Source: Sphaerodactylus townsendi (lineage: Eukaryota). Taken from it: DNA of 63,968 nucleotides. Positions 1 to 17,287 of this stretch are shown one piece after another; the first letter of the stretch is position 1, and every line of letters starts with the position of its first letter. The position numbers and the translations under genes are program-made. The notes below the pieces were generated by a model. It was not told the DNA's origin and did not search any database. It saw only the letters and a program-made list of their open reading frames with translations. The DNA lies in the NCBI RefSeq assembly GCF_021028975.2, contig NC_059425.1, forward strand, positions 6,014,033 through 6,078,000, written 5' to 3'.

Positions 1-3000
1 GTTACAGTCGAAAACAATATCCCACTCTAAACCCATATGCAACCTCTCCCAGTGGAAAATAATGGGTCCCGGCGATGGCAAGGACCTCAAGTAGAACAGA
101 GGGGGGGTAGGGCACCCTCAGCGGGCTGGACACTCCGAAGGCCCGGTGGAACAGTTCCATCTTACAGGCCCTGTGGACCTCTCCAAGGTCCCGCAGGGCC
201 CGGACAGCTGCGTAGGGTGTTCCACTGAGGTCGGTGCCAGAGCCGTAAAGGCCCTGGCATGTGTGGAGGCCAGCCGCATCATTGAGGGGGCCAGGGATCT
301 CCAGTAACGCCTCTGCTGAACGCAGAGGTCGCACTCCGGGACATATGGGGTAATGCGGTCCCGAAGGTACGAACCTGCACGCTGCGTAAGGCCTTAAAGG
401 TCAACACCCATACCTTGGAAGATGATCCAGAATTCAACCGGTAACCAACGCGGGTATGCAGCACAGGGAAGAGCAGTTCACAAAAGGCGCCACCTGTGAG
501 CAGACGGGCCGCCGTATGTTGGACCAGTTTCCACTCTGTGATCAAGCGCAAGAGAAGGCTTCCGCGAGAGAGTTACAATAGGCCAGCCTGGAGGTGACCG
601 CTGTATGGATCTACAGTATCTAGATCAGCTGCTTGGAGAGGAAGGGGGCCAGCCGCTGGGCCCTGCTCGAAGGTGAAAAAACGCAACTCCGGCTATATGG
701 GCCACCCAATCTCCATTGAATGAGACGAATCCAGGTGGACCCCCCAGGCTGCGCACGGAGGAGGCTCGGCTCACCGTGACCCTCTCCCACACCCCGGGCT
801 GAAAATCCCCAACCCTTTCCCCTCACCAAGCCAGAGGATCTCCGCCTTCGCATGGATTAAGTTTTAACCTGCTCTCTTGTTGTAACCAAACCAGCAAACT
901 TCCAAACAATGCTGTAGAGCTGCAGAGGGGCGGCGGCAGATCCCCTCTCCATCAACAGAATGAGCTGAGTGTTATCAGCATACTGATGGCAGATCAGCCC
1001 AAAGCTCCGCATCAACGGAGCAAGGGGTCGCATATAGATGTCAAACAACAGCTGGGGACAACAATGCCCCCTGAGGCACACCGCAGTAAAGCTGGCACCT
1101 CCAGGAAGCTTTGTCCCTCGCACTACCTTTACATGACTCCGCTTCCGGAGGAACGAGACAACTCATTGAAGGACAGTGCCCCCGGACTCCGGAAGCGGCC
1201 AGGCAGTGGGCCAAAAGCACGTGGATCGACCACATCAAACACTGCGGTGAGATCTAACAATACCAGCAGCGCTCATCCGCCTCGGTCGAAGTTGCATACC
1301 GAGCGTGTCTGTGACAGCTTTATGAGAATCCGTTCTCGGCTCCCAAGCCCAGCACGGAAGCCGGACCGGAAGGGATCGGAAGTCGATGTGCCGTCCAGGA
1401 AACCCTGAAGCTGCTCAAACACCACTCTCTCAATTATCTTCCCCAGAAACGAAAGATCTCGAGACAGGGCGGTAATTGGCCAGACTTCCAGGATCTACCA
1501 ATGGTCTTTTTCAAGAGTGGGCGGACCACTGCCTCCTTCAACCCATCTGGAAAGACTCCTTTACTCAAGGGAGTCATTGATGATCTTCAACAGGTGGGGT
1601 CAGAGCTTCTCCCGGCAAAAAAAAAAAGTTTTATTTAGCCAGGAGGGGCAATGGATCCAGAGGACAGGTAGTAGGCCTAACAGCAGCTGCAAGGTCCTGT
1701 CAACAGCTGCTTCCAGAGCAGGGAAAACTGGGCCAAGCAAGGGCCAGAAGACGGCAAGGGAGCCTCCAGTTCGCTAATTGTAGTTAAAGTGGCAGGAAGG
1801 TCCTGGCGGAGCGACGCGACTTTATCTGCAAAGAAGCTTCCAAATGCCTCTACAGCCACAGCCAATTCACATCACTTGTAGAGCCCTCTGATAGAGAGGC
1901 TAAAGATCTTAATTATCCTAGCCACCATTGCGCCGAGCCGAGCTAGCAGATGTAGAGAGGAGAAGAAAAGCCCTCAGCCTCCTTCGTCACACCATCTCAT
2001 AGGCTTTCATAAACGCCCTGTAGGATGTTCGCTACAAGAGCTTCGCCATGAGATTCCTCCCACACTCGCTCTAGACGCCTGAGCACCTGCTTTCATATGG
2101 CGCGAGCTCCCTTGTATCCCACGGAGCCTGAAGCCGTGAACGGGGGCACAGAGGACGCCGGGGAGCAACAATCACCATGGCATCGGAAGAGGCGGGAATT
2201 CCAACCTTCCACCTGCTCATCGAGAGGTGCCGGGCGGGTTTGGGGTCCCGTAGGAGCATTCAGGAAACCAATTGGATCCATAAGTCTCTGCAGGCAGGCA
2301 TAAACCAGCCCATCGCTTAGACAGGAGAAGCGCGGCGTGTCCAGCCGCAGCTTCAGGGCATAGTGGTCGGACCATGGCACTTCTATCAATAGAGGATAAT
2401 GATCAGATTGACTCACGACCCAAAGACCAGGTCCAGCGTGGTGACCAGCCTCATGAGTGGGACCAGAGTTTATTAAGGAGAGGCTCTAGTGTCGCCATGG
2501 ATGACACCAGGTCCTAGCTGCTATTCATGAAGCGGTGTCGACGTGGAAGTTGAAATCACCCATGACAATAAGCCTGGGGAACCTCAACTTCAGTCGGCTA
2601 CAACCTCTAGCAGACGAGGGAGGCCGGCCCCGGTGCTTAGGTGACCGGGGTACAATCAGATTTACTGCCAATCTCTCCAAGGTCAACCACTCCAGGCCGG
2701 TCACACTCCATGCCGGTGATCTCTGGGATGTGGACTGCCCTGAAGGGAATGGGGAATTACGGATGAACATTGCCACACTACCCCCCCCCGGCCCTGGATT
2801 CGAGACTCAGGAGGCATCGCGAAACCTGGTGGCTGACCTCATTTAAGGCAACGGTCTCACTGCATCGCGTAAGAAGTTTTTGGTGACACAAGCCAGGTCC
2901 ACTTGCAGATCTCCAAGAAAGTCCCTGGAGCACTGCTATGTCTTGTTGTTTATGGACCTGGAATTAATCAGCACCAGAGATAAGCAGAGGTCCTTGAACC

Positions 3001-3070
3001 CATCCATCCTCGCTCCTAGGGATAGGTTTCCTGAGTTGGGAGTTTAAGCGAACGAGCACATCCAAGCTTT
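1..3070 (-). mobile_element. L2-clade LINE ORF2 (endonuclease + RT), indel-rich mirror copy of 41120-44117
   Basis: Minus-strand fragments FPRLIVMGDFNFHVD, WSDHYALK, YCGVPQGALLSP, QYADNTQL. Confidence 0.9.
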
Positions 3071-3299
3071 CTGTGAAAAAGGGTATAGATCAAAAATAAT
3101 TACGAGACAATTGCCCACATAGAAACGAGACGGCGGACAGGATTTCCATTACTGTCAGGGAATGCTTCCATTTTACAATTGCTGGGCTCATTAGAAGGAA
3201 GAAGCAGTTAGCCAAGGAACAAGCCCCAGGGAAACTCACCAGGGAGAAAGCAGCAGAAGATGGAGACTGGTTAGCTGCATTTCCTATGATTTCATCCCT

Positions 3300-5404
<2,105 letters not shown>

Positions 5405-5579
5405 CTAAGATATGAACACTGTTAAAAAGCTATGGTTTGAATGTTAGAGACTGAACCAAATTACTTGCAGTACAGAATGCAAGAACTGAAGCACCAGGTG
5501 TCTGAAAACCATTTCCAGAATCCTGTATGGCAATGAAATCAAAACACCAGCCCTCAAATGTATCCACAGGCCTGTCATT

Positions 5580-5755
5580 TTGTTGTTGTTGTTGTTGTTG
5601 TTGTAGAAGAAGAAGAAGAAGAAGAGGAGGAGGAGGAGGAGGAGGAGGAGGAGGAGTTTGGATTTATATCCCCCCTTCCTCTCCTGCAGGAGACTCAAAG
5701 TGGCTTACAATCTCCTTGCCCTTCCCCCCTCACAACAAACACCCTCTGAGATAGG
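5580..5755 (-). mobile_element. 3' part of tRNA/CORE-type SINE with compound microsatellite tail (mirror of 38494-38680)
   Basis: GAGTTTGGATTTATATCCCCC...CACAACAAACACCCT matches the SINE at 48496; (TTG)n(GAA)n(GAG)n tail. Confidence 0.8.
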
Positions 5756-5823
5756 TATACAGTGATGAACGTCTCTAGACAGTTGCTTCTCTTTATTGAT
5801 TTATCTTCCCAAGTCAAAGTGCG

Positions 5824-6271
5824 GGTTGATGAACAACTCTTTCTCTTTCTCACAATGCACTAGAACCAGAGGCATTCATTGAAAAATGCTGGGGGGGAAG
5901 AATTAGGACTAATAAAAGGAAATACTTCTTCAGCATGAGCGTGTGATTGGTGTTTGGAATATGCTGCCACAGGAGGTGGTGATGGCCACTCCACCTGGAT
6001 AGTTTTAAAAGGGGCTTGGACAGATTTATGGAGTGAGGGAGTCGATTTATGGCTACTCAATCTTGATCCTCCTTGATCTGAGATTGCAAATGCCTTAACA
6101 GACCAGGTGATTGGGAGCAACAGCCGCAGAAGGCCATTGCGTTCACATCCTACATGTGAGCTCCCAAAGGCACCTGGTGGGCCACTGCGAGTAGCAGAGA
6201 GCTGGACTAGATGGACTTTGGTCTGATCCAGCTGGCTTGTTCTTATGTTCTTATGTTCTTATGTTCTTATG
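5824..6271 (+). mobile_element. CR1 3' fragment (mirror of 38006-38420)
   Basis: Matches CR1 3' end; (TTCTTATG)n tail at ~6240-6271. Confidence 0.88.
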
Positions 6272-6883
6272 ACACTGGGGCTCTCATGGGAATGTTCCAT
6301 TCATGAAGTTGGACTCACAAATGTCCCCCTGGCCGGAGCATGAATGACCCATCCTCCTATTCTCAGAAAGGCTCCCCTGAAGTTGTTTAAGCCACATTCT
6401 CTCCCCCAGCTTTTTAATACAATGAAGGAGCCACAGTCCCCTCAAAGGCTCCAACTCCACTTTCTCTCTCTCTCCCTCCCTCTCCCTTTTTTATTTCAGC
6501 TAAACCTGAGGAAAAAACAGGAATGAAAAATAATTGTAGAAATGGATTGGAGAAATTAGAGAGTCTCGTTTACATTCAAAGGATATCAAGCGTCGGTCTG
6601 GAGGGCTGCAGGGACGGGTCTCAGCAGCCCTCCAGACCGGGACGCACTATGCCAATGGGAGAAAGCAGCGCTTTCTAAAAACTCCTCCCCTCGGGAAGGG
6701 AGGTGGAAAGCGGCACCTTCACGCTTCTCGCTCAGAGCAGCTGTAAATGCATTGGCCCATGCGGAAAGGGCCAGAGGGAGAGTTGGTCAAAAAGTGATGA
6801 TGATCCTCACAGAAATCCACCCACTCTTAGACAGAAGCATTGCAGACAAAGTACAGTCCTGGAGGGACATATAGTAGCTACCT

Positions 6884-7825
6884 AAGAACATAAGAACATA
6901 AGAGAACAAAGCCAGCTGGATCAGACCAGAGTCCATCTAGTCCAGCTCTCTGCTACTCGCAGTGGCCCACCAGGTGCCTTTCGGAGCTCACATGCAGGAG
7001 GTGAAAGCAATGGCCTTCTGCTTCTGCTGCTCCCGAGCACCTGGTCTGTTAAGGCATTTGCAATCTCAGATCAAAGAGGATCAAGATTGGTAGCCATAAA
7101 TCGACTTCTCCTCCATAAATCTGTCCAAGCCCATTGTAAAGCTATCCAGGTGAGTGGCCGTCACCACCTCCTGTGGCAGCATATTCCAAACACCAATCAC
7201 ACGTTGCGTGAAGAAGTGTTTCCTTTTATTAGTCCTAATTCTTCCCCCCAGCATTTTCAATGGCTGCCCCCTGGTTCTAGTATTGTGAGAAAGAGAGAAA
7301 AATTTCTCTCTGTCAACATTTTCTATCCTTTCCTAATTATCCCCAGCATAGAGTTTGCCTTTTTCACAGCTGCCATGCATTGAGTTGACATTCCCATGGA
7401 ACTATCAACTAAGACGCCTAAATCCCTTTCCTGGTCTGTGACTGATAGCACTGACCCCTGTGAACGTGTATGTAAAGATTTGGATTTTGCCCTATGTGCA
7501 CTCACTTTACATTTTGCTACATTGAACTGCATTTGCCATTTCTTAGCCCACTCACCCTAATTTATCAAGGTCTGCTTGGAGCTCTTCACAAGCAATCCTT
7601 TGTGGTTCCTAAGCCAACCCTACATAATTTGGTATCATCTGCAAACCCTGGCCACCACGCTACTCCACCGCTACTTCCATAGGTCATTTATTAATAGGTT
7701 AAAGAGCACTGGTCCCAAAACCTTGAGGATCCTTGGGGACACTCACTCCCTACATCTCTCCATTGTGAGAATTTCCCATTTACACCCACTCTTTGCTTCC
7801 TGTTTCTCAACCAGTTTTTAATCCA
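6884..7825 (-). mobile_element. 5'-truncated CR1 (mirror of 36257-37443) lacking ~265 bp internally
   Basis: MQFNVAKCKV...DQERDLGVLVDSS; CATAAGAA repeats; internal junction near 7327. Confidence 0.9.
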
Positions 7826-7828
7826 TAC

Positions 7829-7923
7829 CTGCTGGTTCCTCCTTCTTCATCAAGATCCCAAGCAACACCTCTTTCTTCCCTCTTCTAGTTGGGATATGAG
7901 CTCAGGCTTAGCAATCACAGGAC
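7829..7923 (-). pseudogene. KRAB-B exon, mirror copy of gene B
   Basis: Reverse complement of 36161-36253 with small indels. Confidence 0.8.
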
Positions 7924-8287
7924 CTTGTAATCGGGGAAAACCAAATCCACCTCATCAAAATCATAAACCTCTTGTGTGTAAATAAACTCCTCAGTTTCAA
8001 GCCCATCCAGAAATGCACAATGGGCAAGGTATTAGGAATGGGAATAATCATCCATCCAGAATGGGACAGTTCTTTGGTGCTCCCCTGCCATGCTGAGAGA
8101 GAAAATGCCAGCTGTAAACTAAGTCATCGGAAAAGTTCCCTCCACAGCAGCCTCTCCAGTCTAGGTAAGGCAAGACCCACACTGGAGATACATTTCCTTG
8201 ATTTACCTCTTCCCTACAGTGATGTCCTCTCAAGTGGTCCAACACAGGACTGCCTGGCAGGGGTTTGCTCTCTGCAACGTCACTTCA

Positions 8288-8530
<243 letters not shown>

Positions 8531-10999
8531 TTACATCAGTGGAAAGCTAGTCTGTGGTGAGATAGCCAAAAACAGAGCAATTGTGATGGGTTCCTGGGTA
8601 ACTCTGCTGACAGGAGGAACAATGGATTTGCTTCTTTAATTTATAAGCCAAATCATATAACTGTATTTTTCCTTTATCAAAGGAAGGCTTTATAATCTGG
8701 TCCAGCCAGCAAACATCTTTCTTTCTTTCTTAAAAGCTTACTCCCACTTTTCTACTGACTGTAGGTTAGCCATAACGAATCACTTGTTCCTTTTTTTTCA
8801 TTAAGAGCGTTTTCTTCTGCAATTCTATTCCTAATCTCAATCCTAACACGTGTGTTTTGCTCACCGTTATGACTTTGTTAATTTTGGGGTTAAATGACTA
8901 AACATACACAGCCCCCTAAGCCTCTCCCTCACAGGAGTGGATTCTAGACCCTTCCGGGTTGCCTCTCCTCTGGACACTCTCCAGTTTGTCCAATATCCCC
9001 TTCTTGATTTGTGGTCACATATTAAGAGAGCGTTAATTAATGGTGGAACAGCTGCACAAAGAAGAGGGGAGCAGAACCTGTGGGGATATTTGCCCCCCCC
9101 CCCCATCACTACCCCTCTTTTGGGGGCCATCCCTGGAGCTTCAGAGGGGCTGTCTTCGCTACCAGGGGGGCTAGCTGCTCTTGTGAGGAAGAGGCCACAG
9201 ATGTCCACACACTGTAACTGACATGGGAAATTCATGGTCCAGTTTTTTGTTTCATGGTTCCTGGGCTTGGCCTTTTTCCCTCTTCTGTCCAGTCTAGACA
9301 GAGGCCGAATGGGGGGTCACCATGAGACAGTCTTGAAATCTGGCAGCACCAGAGCTGGCGCAAGGGCAAAGGGGAGCCTGATCCTCCAAGCTCCAGGAAT
9401 AGAAGGAAACATCCCTGTCGCCTCATGCATGTCTGACCAGGAATGCCCCCCCCCCCCCCTTTAATACTCGCTGAGAGCTGGCTGCATGTATGCTCTCTTC
9501 CTTTCGCCAAGTGCAGGGGATGGCGGAGAAGGCATCAAGGACGTCTTTTCACTCTTGCCTGGGAGGGGGAGAAATAAAAGGGGTGGGGAATTCCTTTTTT
9601 GCACTACAAACACGTTTCCTGTGCCAGTCCCTCAAATAACCCTCTCTCCATAATGGCTTCAGGGCACAACTGAGGGGACCACCTTCGATCGAGGAAGGAT
9701 CCAGAGTCTTAGACCCATCATCTTTCTCCCACTGAGCTATTTGGGGGTGGTCTCACATTCATACACCCTCCTTGAACTATTTCCTTCCAACCTCTGCACA
9801 TCCACTCCGGGGCAAAGAGTTGCTGACCCTGCCTGAAGCCACCCCACACCCTCACCCCAATGAGGGAAGCCAAGAGTCCCTAGCCTGCCCCACACATTTA
9901 GGGGGCTATGCTGGTTTGAGGCAAGCAGCGTCCTGAGGGGAGGGGACGGACTGCTTGACATAAAGTTGCAGGTGACAGATGCCAGCTAGGAGTGACTATT
10001 TCCCCGCACGCAGAAAACTAGCCATCCAAGGAAATAGTTCCTGCCCTCCCTGCCTGTACTGGCCATGATGCGTTTCTGGGGCAGGGAAATTTTAACAGAA
10101 GGAAAAATGCATTCCTCCATTCGCAGTCTCAGGTGAAGCTCCCTTGAATCCACATGTGGAAAAGGCAGATAGAAAGGCCCTGGAGTTTTTCCCCTCCGCT
10201 CCACCCTGTTAGTCTCTGTGAGAACTGCCTCCTAGAAACATGGACCAAATTTATGCACATGTCAGAGATGGGCTGAAATAGATCCAGCAACTGCATTTAG
10301 TAATCTGCAAGGCCTGGAAGGAAAAGATCCTCCCCATGAATATGGAGCAGAGTAGAAAAAGAGCCCCCAAACAACAGGAAACTGGCAAGAACGAAGGAGA
10401 ATGAGAACAAAATGGGGAGGGGAAGAGGGGGGAGGAAGACTGGTGCTTTGTGGACACAATCCAGAGGCAGTGGAGCTTCCACATGGGACTTTCCCCCACG
10501 TTTTTGTGATGCAGAGTTGCCACCACCCCCTGCCCCTATATTCCACCGGGGATTTTTTTTTAGGTTGGTTTATAAGACCAGCAACTGAATATTGTTCCTT
10601 GGTGTAAACTGACAGGCACAGAGTTACAAAGATATGACAGCTGCCAGCTTTTTTGAAAAGGAGGAAGCCCCCCCCCCCCCACCCCCAAACCTTTTTGCTG
10701 CAGCAGAGGAAGGAAAAATGGGAGCTGCCTTGGCAGGAGTGGGGGGGGGGGTGTAAAATGGCACCCCCCTTAAGAAGCTCAGCTGCAGACTCCAGCTTGG
10801 CAGGAAAGCGAGAGATCAGAGGAGGGGCCCTGATGCTCCACAACCACGTGGGGAAGGGGAGGAAAAAAGCACACAAGCCCCTCCCCAGCAGCAGCCCCTC
10901 TTGGTCTGTGGTCCCTCAAACACAAAAGCCCACGGGGGGGGGGGTTAAGTCTGGGGTAAATCTGCATGGATGTCGGCTGGCCCCCTGGCTGATCTTGGG

Positions 11000-11770
11000 G
11001 GAGGGCGTGGGACCCCCCCCCCTTCCCGCTTCCCCTCCTGCCCTGGGCGACAGAGACGCCTCCTTGGTCGCCAGCCCAGCAGCGTCGGGCTCATCTGGGG
11101 GGCGGCCCTGAAGCTCTTCCTCGCCCACGGCCGCTTCCTCCCCTCCAGCTGGGATTCCCGGGGTGGGAGAGGGACCGGGGGGGGGGGGCCTTGAGCCAGA
11201 AACGCTGAACTGCAACTTCTGCGACCCCCCCCCCCGCAATCCGGGACTGGCGGGGAGGAGGAGGAGGGGGGGTCTCCTTATTTTGGGGTCCAGCGACACA
11301 ATTGACCTTCCACCGCCCTCGGTCCCACCCCTCGGGGTCCTTCGTTCAGCGCCCCTCCCCCCGCGTCTGCCCCGCCCCACCCCACGGCTCTCCCCGGGCT
11401 CTCCCTCCTTCCCTGCCTCTCCTTCCGAAGAGCGCCTCTGAGACCCCCACCCCTCCAGCTCGTCCAGCCCCCTCCCCCGGGCGCCGAGTTCGGATCCCGC
11501 CCTCCGACCCTCCACGTGGCTCCTCTGCAGGAAGGCGCCCAGGGACCCTCCCCTCCCTGTAGCCCCGCCCCCCCCCCACATTCCGCCCCCCCCCCCCAAG
11601 CCCCCTGCAGCTCACCAGTGTCCCGCCCGGGAATTCAAGGGGCACCCCGGGGGGATCAGGGGCTGCTTCCGGGAGCGACCGGAAGTGGCTCCCCCACCCT
11701 CCGGCGCCCTTCTCCCCGCGGCTGCTCTAGGACTGCGCTCCTCTCTCCCTTTAACCCTCAGTGGGCCGCT
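11000..11770 (-). promoter_or_regulatory. GC/CpG-rich promoter region with ETS site pair (mirror of gene B promoter)
   Basis: GCTTCCGG at 11665 and ACCGGAAGTG at 11678; high GC and CpG content. Confidence 0.65.
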
Positions 11771-11919
11771 GCTGTGTAGACTCACAACAACTTCCTTCAA
11801 GCACCATGTCTGTTGGGTCAGCCGTTTCCTCCCACAAATTATACAAACACATCAATCTAAGTCTCTATGCGCTGTGCCCACAGAACTGGCAGAAGTAATC
11901 CCAGAACCACGTGCTATAT

Positions 11920-12052
11920 CAGTGGTGGCGAACCTTTGGCACTCCAGATGTCCATGGACTACAATTCCCATCAGCCCCTGCCAGCATGGCCAATTGGCCG
12001 ATGGGAATTGTAGTCCATGGACATCTGGAGTGCCAAAGGTTTGCCACCACGG
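11920..12052. mobile_element. Palindromic hAT-type MITE carrying two ACTACAATTCCCA motifs
   Basis: TIR CAGTGGTGGCGAACC / GGTTTGCCACCACGG; ~50 bp internal arms; no clear TSD. Confidence 0.8.
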
Positions 12053-12056
12053 CGTA

Positions 12057-12149
12057 TAATTGGTTGTGGTGGGTTTTCCGGGCTGCGTGGCCGTGGTCTG
12101 GTAGATCTTGTCCCTAACATTTCCCCTGCATCTGTGGCTGGCACCTTCA
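12057..12149 (-). mobile_element. Penelope-like terminal fragment (mirror of 32023-32116)
   Basis: TTTCCGGGCTGCGTGGCCGTGGTCTGGTAGATC...CATCTGTGGCTGGCA, same family as 31183-31272. Confidence 0.6.
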
Positions 12150-12483
12150 TTTTTTAAAATTTTTATTGATATTTTGGATTGTTACAGATTTATATTATGC
12201 ATCTTTTTGTTTCATCCTCCATATCCTTTCCCCCCCTTTCCCCCTCCCTCTTTTCTTCTTTGAATGTGCAGCAGCAGGTCCATTCTTCCTAATCTTCTTT
12301 TCCAGTTTTCTTCTGTGGTTCCAATTTCGTTGAACCAGTCTCTGAATTCAGTCCAGGTCCACTTCATATCTTTTTGTTTTTCTTGCCATATTTGGTTTCT
12401 TGACATTATGTCAAACATTTCCAATTGTATTTGTTCCCATATATATTCCAACCATTTCTGTATTGTCCAGATTCTTTTGTCCT
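12150..12483 (-). mobile_element. Probable L1-type LINE 3' end (mirror of 31686-32022)
   Basis: Trp-rich ORF end followed by AATAAA and an A-rich tail on the minus strand. Confidence 0.5.
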
Positions 12484-12620
12484 TCATAAGAACATAAGAA
12501 CAAGCCAGCTGGATCAGACCAGAGTCCATCTAGTCCAGCTCTCTGCTACTCGCAGTGGCCCACCAGGTGCCTTTGGGAGCTCACAGGCAGGAGGTGAAAG
12601 CAATGGCCTTCTGCTGCTGT
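12484..12620 (-). mobile_element. Short CR1 3' fragment
   Basis: CATAAGAACATAAGAACAAGCCAGCTGGATCAGACC identical to the other CR1 tails. Confidence 0.85.
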
Positions 12621-12904
12621 AGACCAGGAAAAGTCCCTTCCCTTCTTAAAGATAAGAATTAAAAACTGGCAAGCCAAAATACAAGATCCCCAAACGTCAG
12701 CAACATCCATAGACGAAAAAAGAGAGATCTTTCCTCTAAGAAGAAAACTCCAAAGTCTTACTTTAGCTTTACGTTGCTGCTGTACAACTGCTAGCACTGC
12801 CTCAGCGCCCCCCCACACACACACCTCAAGCCCCTGCAACCGAGAGTGTTAGTTTGCTCCTGTAATTTGTGCTCCTGTGTGGCCGTGGTCTGGTGGATCT
12901 TGTT

Positions 12905-12945
12905 CCTAACGTTTCGCCTGCATCTGTGGCTGGCCTCTTCAGAGG
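12905..12945 (-). ncRNA. Minimal hammerhead ribozyme motif in Penelope-like fragment (mirror of 31203-31243)
   Basis: Reverse complement reads CCT-CTGAAGA-stem-GAAA-CGTT-AGG. Confidence 0.55.
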
Positions 12946-14389
12946 TGTATCACAGAGGGAAGTCTGAGATTCCTCAGAGATAGAAGAATGCCTAATTACA
13001 TTTGCTTAGAGCCATTCAAAGGAAAGACCCCTGCCCCACAGCCAGCCAGCCCCCCCCTCCTTCATTCCCAAAACAACAGAGAAAGGGGACTGGGAAAGCC
13101 GTGTTTGAGCCCTCCCTCCCTCCCTTCCTTCCCAAACACACACTTAGAAATGCGCACATTTCCAAACCTCTTAGGAAAAAGTTCACTCTTGTTTCTAGCA
13201 ATAACGCCCCCCCCCCAATACCTTACAGACACCCCCAAAACTTCTGCAAACTATCCTTCCCACTTCTGTGCGTGTTTGAAAACCAGTCAATCAGTACGGG
13301 CTGGGGAGGAATGAGACAGTGACACACAAGGTACAGCTCTGTTATTGTTCCCCAGTGAAAGAGTAAAATGGATGCCCGCACTTTTACAGTTTGCAAAATA
13401 AGACCTGGTTTGAGCAAAATAGACTTGGTCTGCAATGCATGAGGCATTCTGGCAGCTCTGCAAGCACCCCAACGTGTTACAAGACCCCGCCCGACTCCTC
13501 CCACCCCCACTTTTAAATGCACATGCGCGCAAACATCACACGCCGACCAGGCAGGGTAGGACATGTCTCAATTAAAGCCAGGCAAGTCCAGACTTGTTCT
13601 GACCTGCCCTTTTCAGCGGTTAGGGAGTGTGCAATGACACACCGTGTCATTCCTGGGCTCTTCAGGCAGAGGACTGGAGAATGGCCATCAGGCAGGAGCG
13701 GGTGTCAATTTTGATTCCGGGAGGTGTGTCACACATCAAAGACTCAGCAGGGTGCCTAGAGTGCGTTTATGCAATTCCTAGCCGTGCCACACGTGCGAAG
13801 TGCTCTAGCTGTCATGATTGGGTAATTTAACCAATGGGGTGGGCTTTGAAACGTGGCCAATAGAAAGCTGCCGGTGCCAGGCATAAATATGCCCGGATTG
13901 TACTTTGACATGGAGACAAGCTGCTCTGAATGCCTGCTTGCCACCCCCACCCCACCCCACGGCGCCCCCAGAAGGAAGCAAATGGTGCCAAGGAGACATT
14001 TACATAATTTTGTCCTTCCCACTTCTGAGAAATGGCTGCTGAATTCTACAAAGGCAGAGAAGGATTTCTATGGAGGGCCAAGTTGTGGCATCTGCCTCTA
14101 CCCCTGCATGGGCCTTTGCCCCTCCCCCGTTATTCTCTGGGTTGTCCCTCCAAATGGAGTGGGGGGGGGGGAGAAGAAACTTGGGATGTGAAGGTTCTCC
14201 ACTCTACAAGGTTCTCCATAATGGCTTTGGGGCACAACTGAGGGGACTAACTTTGATCTAGGAAGGCTCTGGAGTCTTTGACCCATCATCTTTCTCCCAT
14301 AGAGTGGCTCAGGGTATTAATAATACCACTCTATTCTGCATTGGTCAGACCTCACCTGGAATACTGTGTCCAGTTCTGGGCACCACAAT

Positions 14390-15141
14390 CAGAGGTGGGA
14401 TCCAGCAGGTTCTCACAGGTCCCCTAAGGAGTAAGCCACCACTATTTGTGTGTGCTGGGAGAGGAGCACTAATTGGTGATTTTGCCACGTGATTTTTGCC
14501 TTCGTTACGCCCCTCCTCTCAGCAGTAGCGCGCAGAACTTGAAACAGTCTAGCACAGGGGTCGGGAACCTTTTCCCCTCAAAGAGCCATTTGGCTCACCC
14601 TCCCCTGCTCACTTGCTCGCTCGCCTCCCCACCGCCCGCTCACCCCGGGCCACCTTCTGCAGGGCAGGCGTAGATGGGCTCAGCGGCTCGGCCTGGCCGG
14701 CCGCCGGGCGAGTGAAGCGCCCGCCCTGCAAGGAGCAGGGCGGGCGAAGAGGCTCCAGGCGGCTTGGCCTGGCCGGCCGCCGGACGAGTGAAGCGCCCGC
14801 CCTGCTCCTCGCAGGGCGGGTGAAGAGGGGGCTCGCAGCTCAGCCTCCTGGAGCCGCAGAACAGCTGGGCGGAAGAGGCCGCGATGCGGCTTCCCGGGCG
14901 AGTCACGGGGTTCCCGACCCCTGGTCTAGCAGGAGGCAGCCTGTGCCTGCGTGCATTTGTTTCCCGTCCAAGGACCGACACAGCGGCTGCGTCCTTGCCA
15001 CAGCCCCGCCCAGGAATGCCCCGCCCCTGGAATGCCTGCCACAATCGTCACGTGTCTCGCCCAGCCCCATTGGCGCTACGCCACAGTTTGAATCCCACCA
15101 CCATGGGAACCTGTTAGTAAAATTTTTGGATCCCACCACTG
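14390..15141. mobile_element. Non-autonomous hAT element inside an old CR1 fragment (mirror of 29012-29755)
   Basis: TIR CAGAGGTGGGATCCA / TGGATCCCACCACTG; 8-bp TSD ACCACAAT at 14382 and 15142. Confidence 0.9.
14555..14923. mobile_element. Nested Charlie-type hAT MITE
   Basis: Perfect 15-bp TIR CAGGGGTCGGGAACC; 8-bp TSD GTCTAGCA at 14547 and 14924. Confidence 0.92.
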
Positions 15142-15931
15142 ACCACAATATATGAAAAATATTGGACTGGGTCGAGAGGAGGGTGACCAAAATGATAAAA
15201 GGTCTAGAATCCATGCCCTATGAGGAGAGACCTAAGGAGCAGGATATGTTTAGTCTAAAGAAGAGAAGGTAAGGGGTAGGGGGATAGATGATAGCCATGT
15301 TTAAATATTTGAAGGGATGTCGTGTTAAAAAGGGAAGAAGCTTGTCAATAGAGAAAAAGGTACTCTTGATCAAAATAACCAAAAGAGAGACAATTAGCTC
15401 TGAAAATTGGTGGCTATGGAGAATATTTAGGATACTGTTGGCCACTGTTTTCTTTTTAAAAATTTTTTGAATGTTATTAAAATACAACAATATAGAATCA
15501 AGAGAAAACGAGAACACAAGATACATTATATAATAAACACAAAACTATTGTAGGGAACTATCTAAGGAAGGAAACTATTATACATATTCTTTCTATCTAT
15601 GTTTCAAATATTTTCTTTTGAGCATTTAACTATTCAATTTCTTAAAATTTCTCCTACAGGGAAATAAACAAAATACATTATCTCATCTTTGTCATAATTT
15701 CGTGATTCTTTTCCCATCTTCTAAACAAGAAAAAAAATACATTGTGAAAGAAGGGAAATGTATATCTCTGTTGTTATTTTAAATTATACTGTTCTTTACT
15801 TATTGTTATATCATAGAAGATAACAATTTTAATATGAGGGTGAGATTGATTATATTTTTATTTTTCCATTTTAAACGTATGGAGTGTCTTCTTTATTGGT
15901 ATTAGAATTTAACTTGTCGAATATAGAATTA

Positions 15932-17281
<1,350 letters not shown>

Positions 17282-17287
17282 TGTGGA

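Noticed and set aside
5444-5754. Poly-E/L/G/R ORFs (also 38495-38814, 21806-22336)
   Set aside because: Translations of microsatellites or N gaps.
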